A stretch of 64,000 nt of DNA from Candidatus Cloacimonadales bacterium. GTDB taxonomy: Bacteria > Cloacimonadota > Cloacimonadia > G963667145. Numbering within the stretch: the first letter of the stretch is position 1; every line of letters starts with the position of its first letter. Positions 49,090 to 56,715 of this stretch are shown in pieces. A program made the translations under genes and the position numbers. The stretch is from assembly GCA_965140615.1 (NCBI GenBank), contig OZ223280.1, positions 1,075,555 through 1,139,554 of the forward strand, given 5' to 3'. Below the pieces are notes generated by a model. It ran no database searches, was not told where the DNA came from, and worked only from the letters and a program-made list of their open reading frames with translations.

Positions 49090-49231
49090 AATGGTCAAAT
49101 TACAGCTCTCACGGCTGATTTGACCATTTTTTTTACAGACTATTTCTCCATTTTTCTAATTAACTTTTCCATTTTATCATAAACCAGCCAATTACAAATC
49201 ACTAACTTTGGGTGGATACTTTTAGTGTGGA
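48025..49231 (-). mobile_element. IS element copy A (about 1.2 kb, DDE/rve transposase, IS481-family-like), delimited by 22-bp imperfect inverted repeats
   Basis: The reverse complement of 48025-48046 (gggtggatacttttactgtgta) matches 49210-49231 (gggtggatacttttagtgtgga) at 20 of 22 positions. Confidence 0.7.
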
Positions 49232-50324
49232 GTTTCCAAAAATAGTTTTTGGTGGGCGGTACACAGTAAAAGTATCCACCCTTATTTATTTTTTCTATAT
49301 CTTTTAAATAACAATCTGTGATTATTGGGCTAATGTTCAAAACATTAAAATTGGGCTTCCTAGAATTTTCCCGCAAAATTTGCTTCGGAGTCTTACCTTT
49401 TCGCCCTCTGTTTCCTCTAAAATGATTAAAATACAGCGTATAACTGTGCGCTTTACGCACAAAATCGTTGCAATCATCAAATTCATCAATCAGATAAAAC
49501 TCGTCCTCTACCAGCCGATGAGCACTTTCAACATCAGAATTAAAAGTGGGCGAACCTTTGGGGATAAGCGAATGATTAGCACCATTTATTTGCACACTTT
49601 TTTGAAAAAAGCTCAAACCCTTTTTCTTGGGACTCACAAACTCTGAGCCATTGTCGGTTTGAAAAGTAACTTTGGAAAGATCAACACCACAACTCTTTAA
49701 TCTTTTAGACAAAAAATCGATATAAATCCCTGCATTTACGGCTGTTTTCTCATAGCAATAACCGATGAATTGCATACCAGTTTTGTAGTCTCTAGCAGTG
49801 ATTTGATAGCGAGGATAATTTTTGTACTTAATCCCCTCAAACAATTCTGGCATATCGGTCAAATACTTAATATCCACTTGGATTTTTTCAAAAGGTTTTG
49901 CCCTAGCTCGCATTTCACTTAAATCTTTGCGTTGCTGATATTTCCGTTTCTTTTTCTTTACCAAACCAGCATCACAGAGCTTTTTATGAACAGTCGAAGC
50001 TGAACAATTTAACTGCAAATGGTCAATAATTCGCCTAGCTCCCCAGCGATTTTTTGCCTTTTTGCGACAAACTACTATTTCCTCTATTATCTCAGATTTT
50101 AAGCGATTTGGGGAATTTTGCTTTTTTCGAGATTTATTAACCAGACCATCCTCGCCCTTTTCTTTATAGGCTTTGACCCACTTTCGCACAGTTTTTCTAG
50201 TGGTCTCAAATTCTCTAGCTGCAGCGGAAATAGATGTTTCATTTGCAAATTTCACCAAATTTTTCCGATAAAATTTCTTGTCTTTTCTACTCATAATTTT
50301 CAAATTGTCTATATATTTATTCAT
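49140..50324 (-). CDS. DDE transposase of IS copy B. Its C-terminal tail is read from the inter-copy junction.
   Basis: Identical to copy A except F/S (KKQNSPN) and Y/C (IITDCYL), plus a different 3' tail after ...PPTKNYF. Confidence 0.85.
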   Translation of the reverse strand: MNKYIDNLKIMSRKDKKFYRKNLVKFANETSISAAAREFETTRKTVRKWVKAYKEKGEDGLVNKSRKKQNSPNRLKSEIIEEIVVCRKKAKNRWGARRIIDHLQLNCSASTVHKKLCDAGLVKKKKRKYQQRKDLSEMRARAKPFEKIQVDIKYLTDMPELFEGIKYKNYPRYQITARDYKTGMQFIGYCYEKTAVNAGIYIDFLSKRLKSCGVDLSKVTFQTDNGSEFVSPKKKGLSFFQKSVQINGANHSLIPKGSPTFNSDVESAHRLVEDEFYLIDEFDDCNDFVRKAHSYTLYFNHFRGNRGRKGKTPKQILRENSRKPNFNVLNISPIITDCYLKDIEKINKGGYFYCVPPTKNYFWKLHTKSIHPKLVICNWLVYDKMEKLIRKMEK

Positions 50325-50466
50325 AATGGTCAAATTACAGCTCTCACGGCTGATTTGACCATTTTTTTTACAGACTATTTCTCCATTTTTCTAATTAACT
50401 TTTCCATTTTATCATAAACCAGCCAATTACAAATCACTAACTTGGGGTGGATACTTTTAGTGTGGA
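49260..50466 (-). mobile_element. IS element copy B, in direct tandem with copy A (period exactly 1235 bp)
   Basis: The 48022-49256 unit repeats at 49257-50491, with about 5 substitutions noticed by eye. Confidence 0.7.
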
Positions 50467-50579
50467 GTTTCCAAAAATAGTTTTTGGTGGGAATTTTGTG
50501 ATGGGGTGTTGTCTCTACAAGGCAGAGAAGGGGCTTTCGTCGCAAGTTTCGCTTAGGTAAAATTTTTTTCTTTTGCCCG

Positions 50580-50929
50580 AGGGGCTTACTCTTTTCGGGG
50601 TGCTTCGCTTATAGTTTACTCTGCTAACGCAGGTTTTCTTTTTCTTTGGACGCTTACGCTGGTGGCTTGCTTGTGGTTTGCTCTCCTGCGGAGGGCTTAC
50701 TCTTTTCGGGCGTCCGAAAAGAGTAACAGAAAAGTACGCTCCGCTCCAAGTCGCGAGAGGGCTGGCGAGGTTTTAAGAGTTCCTCTGGTGAAGAGACCTC
50801 CTGTATTCTTGCCTTGGGTGAGTTGTGTGCTTATGGCTAAGCTCTAGCTTCTATCACAAAGCTATTTAAGCTCTCGCTTTGCCCGTGGAGCGGAGAGTGT
50901 CCCCGCCCTGCCTAGCAAGTGAGACTGCC
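50580..50929. repeat. Repeat family A, copy 4
   Basis: Near-identical to copy 1 across about 280 nt. Perfect hairpin at 50697-50726. Confidence 0.85.
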
Positions 50930-51076
50930 TTGTCCTGCCCTTTTGAGCATCGTGGGGTGGTGGTTTCCTGCGTCCGCTCAGAATGAAGAGAGTGAGCAGG
51001 AATAAGGGAGGATGAGTAAGAATGAAAGCGGGTGGAATGGAATGAGGGTGGGTGGTGAGAATGCAAGGCTGGTGGT

Positions 51077-51148
51077 CATACGGAATAAAGCATACAGTTA
51101 ATTTATTTACTCGTATACACTCCCAAGCTGGAGCTTGGGAGCGAGAAA
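51077..51148. repeat. Repeat family B, copy 2
   Basis: catacggaataaagcatacagttaatttatttactcgtatacactcccaagctggagcttgggagcgaga. Confidence 0.8.
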
Positions 51149-51150
51149 CA

Positions 51151-51330
51151 TTCTTTACGCTGAGTTGAGCTTACGCTGACGACGATGTACTATATCTCCT
51201 CTATTAAGACAATTGTGATTTCTAGCACAAGGCTTTCAGCGTGCGAAGAAGGTTTAGAATTTAGCTTGCTGATTTGGTATTTTGATTTTACCTTTTGTTA
51301 CTTTTCGCTTTGGTCAGCCAAAGGGAAAAG
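51151..51330. repeat. Repeat family C, copy 2
   Basis: ttctttacgctgagttgagcttacgctgacgacga... The hairpin cttttcgctttgg/ccaaagggaaaag at 51301-51330 pairs at 12 of 13 positions. Confidence 0.65.
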
Positions 51331-51372
51331 TAAGACCCTCCGTCAGGAGACCAAAAGTTTTACTTGGTGGTG

Positions 51373-51447
51373 ATATGGAATAAAGCGTATAGTTAATTTA
51401 TAACTCGTATACACTCCCAAGCTGGAGCTTGGGAGCGAGAGCCGCCC
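51373..51447. repeat. Repeat family B, copy 3
   Basis: atatggaataaagcgtatagttaatttataactcgtatacactcccaagctggagcttgggagcgaga. Confidence 0.85.
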
Positions 51448-51494
51448 CCTGACCGACGCCAGTGGTTTGCTTAGTGCGTACTTGTGCTTCGGAC

Positions 51495-51610
51495 TCTAGC
51501 CCGTGGAGCGGAGGGTGTCCCCGCCTTGCCTAGCAGGTAAGACCGCCACTACCTCCGCCCAGTGTGTGCTGACCAGCTGTGCGAAGCACATTCTTAGAGT
51601 GATGTGTGGG
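51495..51610. repeat. Repeat family A, tail module only (copy 5)
   Basis: About 93% identical by hand alignment to 44739-44849, with 8 differences in 111 nt. Confidence 0.8.
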
Positions 51611-51705
51611 TAAGTTTGGGGTTGATATCAAAAATCTACCTCATTGCAATTAATTTCCCTTTCTTGTTTGACAAAAGCAGATTTCCTCAAAGGTTGGTTA
51701 GCTAT

Positions 51706-53049
51706 ATGATGTACTCTAAAAGATTTGTATCCCAAGCTATTTTGGGCGTTATTTTGTGCCTGTGTTTGTCCGCGTGCGGTAGCCGAGGCGATATTTCGGG
51801 TGGTCCATTGGATGAGCTAAAGCCAAGTGTGGTGGGCACTGAGCCTAGTGAGTTCCGCTCTATCAAGAGTAAGATGCTCAAGGTCGTTTTTAACAAGCCG
51901 ATAGATGAGGCTAGTGCCAAAGAGCATATCAGATTTTATCCTAAGCTAAGCTACAGTGCCTATGCTACGGACAAGACGCTGAGCATCGCCATCAAATCGG
52001 ATTTACTCTTGGGCAAGAACTATTACCTGATAATCGAAAGTGGGCTGAAGTGCTACCACGATATCCCGATGGAGCGAAGTCAGAGTTTTATCTTTTGCAA
52101 CGACTATCTGGCGAGCAACGAGATTTCTGGAGAGCTTGTTTATGAGAAAAAGGAAGACGAGAGCGATACTGTACTTATTAAGGTTTACGACGAAGATTCG
52201 GTTTTCATCTTTCAGCAAGAGGCTCTATCGCCCGGGTATGAGCTAAAGTATCTTAGCCAAGGCTCTTACCAAGTGAAGGCTTACATCGATAAGAACAAAA
52301 ACGGAAAGGTTGACCGGAAGAGTGAGCCTTTTTGGGAGAAAGATTTTTTGGTGAGCAAGAAGTTTACTGTAGAGCCGATGGTAATGGGTTACACTGACAC
52401 CATCGCCCCTAGACTCAAGGAGGTGAAGCTTGCCTCCAATCGTAGGATGACTGTTGAGTTTGATGATGACCTGACACAGCTGGGTGAGTTTACCATTACC
52501 GCTCTGGCGGACACGCTGGTGAGTGTGAGCGAGGCTGGGGATACACTGCGGACTGCCAGAGCTCAGCAGGAGCTGGAGGTCTTGGCGTCCCGCTTGCTAG
52601 GTGGTCGGCTGAGTTTGCTGACACAGGAGATGCAGGAGCGGGAGTACCGCTTTACTTGCAAGGGTCTTGGCGACTGGAAGCAGAACAAGACAAAAGCGGA
52701 CACATTGTTCTTTCAAGGTAAGGCTGACCAGCTGGATACGCCTGTGCAGCTCACGGGGAGCGATCCTGCCAAAAATTCTGGGGTTACCTCGCTTTTGCCG
52801 GTGTTCAAGCTTAGTTTCGATAGACTGCTGCTGCCCACGCAGGTGAGCGTGGCTTTGGTGGCGAAAGATGGTGGTGAGCGGACAGCTTTGTCTTTGCAGA
52901 GTAGTGATGGCTTCGTGTTTGCGTATGTGCCTCAAAAGGAGCTGGAGAACTTTACCAGCTATCTATTGGTGGTTAGTGCCAGCGATGTAGAGGGCAACGC
53001 TATGTCTGAGAGCAAGATAGAGTTCATCACCACAGAGCAAAAGGAGTAG
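51706..53049 (+). CDS. Lipoprotein with Ig-like (SbsA_Ig/BIg-type) N-terminal domain features; function unknown
   Basis: Start at MMYSKRF... with lipobox LSAC. PSVVGTEPSEF...MLKVVFNKPID is typical of Ig-like surface-layer-type domains. The track start at 51604 lies inside repeat A. Confidence 0.6.
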   Translation: MMYSKRFVSQAILGVILCLCLSACGSRGDISGGPLDELKPSVVGTEPSEFRSIKSKMLKVVFNKPIDEASAKEHIRFYPKLSYSAYATDKTLSIAIKSDLLLGKNYYLIIESGLKCYHDIPMERSQSFIFCNDYLASNEISGELVYEKKEDESDTVLIKVYDEDSVFIFQQEALSPGYELKYLSQGSYQVKAYIDKNKNGKVDRKSEPFWEKDFLVSKKFTVEPMVMGYTDTIAPRLKEVKLASNRRMTVEFDDDLTQLGEFTITALADTLVSVSEAGDTLRTARAQQELEVLASRLLGGRLSLLTQEMQEREYRFTCKGLGDWKQNKTKADTLFFQGKADQLDTPVQLTGSDPAKNSGVTSLLPVFKLSFDRLLLPTQVSVALVAKDGGERTALSLQSSDGFVFAYVPQKELENFTSYLLVVSASDVEGNAMSESKIEFITTEQKE

Positions 53050-53054
53050 AACGG

Positions 53055-54917
53055 ATGAGAGTGGATAGGAAAGTTTTGCTGAGAGCCGTGAGCAAGTTTC
53101 TTTTGGTTAATTTCTTGCTTAGCTTGGCTTTGGGCTATCGATATGTGCCCGATGGATTGGGTTTTGGCTCGATGGTTTTTGTTTGGGTTTCGTTGGTTGC
53201 CAACACCTTTATGCTCTATCTGCCACTTGCTTTGCTTGGGTTTCTGTCCATCTTTGTCGTGCCACATCGCAAGTTTACCCTTTACTTCAATGTGATTTTG
53301 CTCTTTCTGTTTCAGTTTTTGTTGTTGGTGGATACGGTCGTTTATGCGATTTACAAGTTCCACATCAACGGTGCGGTGATTACTATCTTCACCAGCGGAG
53401 GCTTTGGCGATAGCGTGAGCCTTGGCAGTTTTACTACGATTTTGGCAGTTGTCGTCTTGCTTGGGTTTTTCCTCTTGGAGTTTTTTCTCTTGCGGTTTTT
53501 CGTAAACTCTTTGCATATAGGTGGATACAAGAAGAGGGTAAAGCTCTCGATCTTTGTTTGGATAGGGTTTGCCTTTTTGCTCACGGACAAGCTAACTTAC
53601 GCTGTGGCAGATATGTACAATGTAACTTCTGTCATCAGATTTGTAAAAGTTTTCCCGTTGTACCAGCCGTTGACTATCAAGAGCTTTATGGAGAAAAGTT
53701 TTGGGTTTAAGATAGATAGAGAGGATGCCGTGAGCTTATCGACCCAAGAGCAAAGCCTGAACTATCCCAAGAGTCCGCTAATTTACGGTGAGGCAGAGGC
53801 TGCCAGACCGAACATCTTGGTTATTTTTTTTGACGCTTGGCGGTACGATATGTTTACCCCCGAGGTTACGCCCAATGTATGGAATTTTAGTCAAAAGTCG
53901 TCTGTGTTTACGCAACATTATAGCGGTGGCAACGCCTCTAGATTTGGGGTGTTCTCGCTTTTTTATGGTATTAGTGGGTACTACTGGCACAAGGTGCTGG
54001 GCGAGCGGCGTTCGTGCGTGCTAATAGATGAACTGCAAGGTTTGGGCTACGACTTCTACATCTCTGCCAGCACTCGATTGACTTACCCCGAGTTTCGCAA
54101 GACTTGTTTTATTAACATCCCAGAGTACCTGCACGACAAGATAGAGGGTGAGAACGCTGTGGAGAAAGACCCTAAGCTTGCCAAGGGTTTTGTGGAGTAC
54201 CTGCACAAGAGGAAAGAGATCGGTGAGCAGAAGCCGTTTTTTTCGTTCTTGTTTTTTGATGCTCCGCACGGCACGGACTATCCAGCAGAGTGCGAGAAGT
54301 TTACCCCTACACAGCGATCGGTGAATTACCTAAAGATAGACGATGACCAAGAAAATGTGAAGATGATGCGAAACACTTATAAGAACGCGATATATTTTGA
54401 TGATGCTTTGATTGAGCAGGTGCTAAACACTCTGGAGGATGATGGCTATCTGGAGAACACCATCATTGTTTTTAGTGCTGATCACGGGCAGGAGTTCTAC
54501 GAGAACGGCTTTTTCGGGCATTGCAGTGCTTTTGACAAGTATCAGACGAAAGTTCCTTTCATCGTCTATTGGCCTGGCAAAGAGCCGGTTAAGTACGACA
54601 AGATGACCTCGCACTTGGACTTTGTGCCGACAATCTTGGCAGAACTGGGCGTGAGCAATCCCGCCAGCGACTACTCGCAGGGCAAAGATTTGTGGGCAGA
54701 TGATGGGCACAAGTTCGTGCAGTCTAGTGGCTGGGACGATGCGGCACTCATCTATCCCGATGGTTACTTTGTGTTTTCGGTGGAGACCTACAAAGCGGGG
54801 CTCTTCGAGGTGCGAGACGAAGATTATAAATTACAGGAAAATCAAAAGGAGCGAGTCTCACAAAAGAGGGGAGATTTGCTCAAGACGATAAAAGGGTTTA
54901 GCGAGTTTTCTCGTTAG
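53055..54917 (+). CDS. YejM/PbgA-like inner-membrane protein: N-terminal multi-TM (DUF3413-like) domain plus a periplasmic sulfatase/alkaline-phosphatase-superfamily domain
   Basis: Five N-terminal TM helices, then ILVIFFDAWRYDMF and FSADHGQEF motifs. 620 aa. Confidence 0.7.
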   Translation: MRVDRKVLLRAVSKFLLVNFLLSLALGYRYVPDGLGFGSMVFVWVSLVANTFMLYLPLALLGFLSIFVVPHRKFTLYFNVILLFLFQFLLLVDTVVYAIYKFHINGAVITIFTSGGFGDSVSLGSFTTILAVVVLLGFFLLEFFLLRFFVNSLHIGGYKKRVKLSIFVWIGFAFLLTDKLTYAVADMYNVTSVIRFVKVFPLYQPLTIKSFMEKSFGFKIDREDAVSLSTQEQSLNYPKSPLIYGEAEAARPNILVIFFDAWRYDMFTPEVTPNVWNFSQKSSVFTQHYSGGNASRFGVFSLFYGISGYYWHKVLGERRSCVLIDELQGLGYDFYISASTRLTYPEFRKTCFINIPEYLHDKIEGENAVEKDPKLAKGFVEYLHKRKEIGEQKPFFSFLFFDAPHGTDYPAECEKFTPTQRSVNYLKIDDDQENVKMMRNTYKNAIYFDDALIEQVLNTLEDDGYLENTIIVFSADHGQEFYENGFFGHCSAFDKYQTKVPFIVYWPGKEPVKYDKMTSHLDFVPTILAELGVSNPASDYSQGKDLWADDGHKFVQSSGWDDAALIYPDGYFVFSVETYKAGLFEVRDEDYKLQENQKERVSQKRGDLLKTIKGFSEFSR

Positions 54918-54947
54918 ATTACAGACATTTTTTGTGAAGGAGTTTAG

Positions 54948-55154
54948 ATGAAGAAGATGATAGGATTGCTTTTTTTGGTGTGTGGTGTGGCAGCTGGCTA
55001 CTATTTTTATGGGATGAAGCCCCCGACCAGCGTGGAACAGGCTTTGCTTAGTTTTGACAAGGCGAAGTTTTCTACGATGAGCCAATATTACATTAGCCTT
55101 GCTGGAGCGGGGCTTGTGTTTGTGCTGGGCGTTATGCTTACCCTCAGGAAGTGA
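54948..55154 (+). CDS. Small two-TM membrane protein (68 aa)
   Basis: GAAGGAG lies 6 nt upstream of the ATG. Two hydrophobic helices. Confidence 0.45.
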   Translation: MKKMIGLLFLVCGVAAGYYFYGMKPPTSVEQALLSFDKAKFSTMSQYYISLAGAGLVFVLGVMLTLRK

Positions 55155-55164
55155 TAGTAGCTAA

Positions 55165-56283
55165 GTGAAAGATTTTTTTAAGCTGGAGGCGACTTCTGGT
55201 CTGGCTAGAGCAGGGCAGATATCTACTGCTCACGGCACTATAAGTACACCGATCTTTATGCCAGTGGGTACTAGGGGCAGTGTGAAGGGCGTTAGCCCAC
55301 GAGACCTGCACGACGAGGTGAAAGCTCAGATAATCTTGGGCAACACTTACCATCTGCACTTGCGACCCACCAGCGAGCTAGTGGCGAAGATGGGCGGCTT
55401 GCACAAGTTTATCGGCTGGGATAAGCCGATACTTACAGACAGTGGTGGCTTTCAGGTGATGAGCTTGTCCGATTTCCGCAAGATTACCCCCGAGGGTGTG
55501 AAGTTCCGCTCGCATATCGATGGGTCTTACCATTTTTTTTCGCCACAGAGGGTGATAGAGATAGAGAACAATCTGGGTGCGGACATCATTATGTCTTTCG
55601 ATGAGTGCCCAGCCTACGGGCAGAGCTACGACTATGTGCGTTCATCTTTGGCTACGACCATCAAGTGGGCGAAGATAGGCAAAGAGAGCCACAAAAGACC
55701 AGACGAGCAAGCGTTGTTTGGCATAGTGCAAGGGGGCGTGTACGACGAGCTTCGTAGGGAGTCGGCACAGCGACTAATGGAAATTGGCTTTCCCGGGTAC
55801 TCTATCGGTGGACTGGCAGTGGGCGAGCCCAAGGAAGATATGTTCCGCATCACCCAACTGCTGGACGGGTTACTGCCCGCAGATAAGCCACGCTACCTGA
55901 TGGGAGTGGGTACACCGGGCGATCTGCTCGATGGCATCCGCACAGGGGTGGATATGTTCGATTGCGTGATGCCCACCCGTAATGCTCGCAAAGGCTCGGT
56001 TTTTACTTGGCATGGGCGTATGGTGCTCAAAGCCGCTCGTTACAAAGAAGACCCACGCCCTATCGATCAGAACTGCCACTGTTACGCTTGTCGGAACTTT
56101 TCCCGCGGGTATATTCGGCACTTGCTCTCGGTTGGCGAGGCTCTGGGTGGCACTTTGTCGTCCATTCACTCGTTGCACTTTTATCTGGAGCTAGTGGGTA
56201 AAGCCCGAGAAGCTATCTTGAAGGGCGAGTACGAGCAGTTTTATCAGAGGCACGCCCAAGCAGTGAAAGGGAAGTATGAGTAA
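55165..56283 (+). CDS. tgt: Queuine tRNA-ribosyltransferase
   Basis: PIFMPVGTRGSVKG, DCVMPTRNARKG, and the zinc site CHCYAC...H. Confidence 0.93.
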   Translation: MKDFFKLEATSGLARAGQISTAHGTISTPIFMPVGTRGSVKGVSPRDLHDEVKAQIILGNTYHLHLRPTSELVAKMGGLHKFIGWDKPILTDSGGFQVMSLSDFRKITPEGVKFRSHIDGSYHFFSPQRVIEIENNLGADIIMSFDECPAYGQSYDYVRSSLATTIKWAKIGKESHKRPDEQALFGIVQGGVYDELRRESAQRLMEIGFPGYSIGGLAVGEPKEDMFRITQLLDGLLPADKPRYLMGVGTPGDLLDGIRTGVDMFDCVMPTRNARKGSVFTWHGRMVLKAARYKEDPRPIDQNCHCYACRNFSRGYIRHLLSVGEALGGTLSSIHSLHFYLELVGKAREAILKGEYEQFYQRHAQAVKGKYE

Positions 56284-56695
56284 GATGAAAAAGTATTTAG
56301 CTGGTAATGCAGAGGGCTTTCGGCATCAGATTTTTCGTTACGCCGTAGGTGGACAGGTGTCGACCTTGGTGGACTTCTTGGTACTTATCTTTTTGACAGA
56401 TGTGTTGAGCGTTTACTATATGTTCTCCGTTACGATAGCTTTTGCTTGCAGTGTGTTGGTCTCTTACTTCTTTAATATCTGCTGGGTTTTTCATCAGCGG
56501 AAGTACGATAAGAGGCATCACGAGGTTATCTTGTTCTTTTCCATTAGCGTGGTGGGGCTTTTGCTCACTAATTTTTTGATGTACTTTTTTACCGAAAGTG
56601 TGGGGCTGTTTTATATCAAATCCAAGATTGTATCGGCGACGATTGTTTTTGTGTGGAACTTCGTGGCTCGTAAATATTTACTGTTTAACAACTAA
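56276..56695 (+). CDS. GtrA-family membrane protein
   Basis: 139 aa, four TM helices, FRYAVGGQVSTLVDFLVL N-terminus. Confidence 0.75.
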   Translation: MSKMKKYLAGNAEGFRHQIFRYAVGGQVSTLVDFLVLIFLTDVLSVYYMFSVTIAFACSVLVSYFFNICWVFHQRKYDKRHHEVILFFSISVVGLLLTNFLMYFFTESVGLFYIKSKIVSATIVFVWNFVARKYLLFNN

Positions 56696-56715
56696 AAGTT
56701 GAGGGTGTTAAGAAG

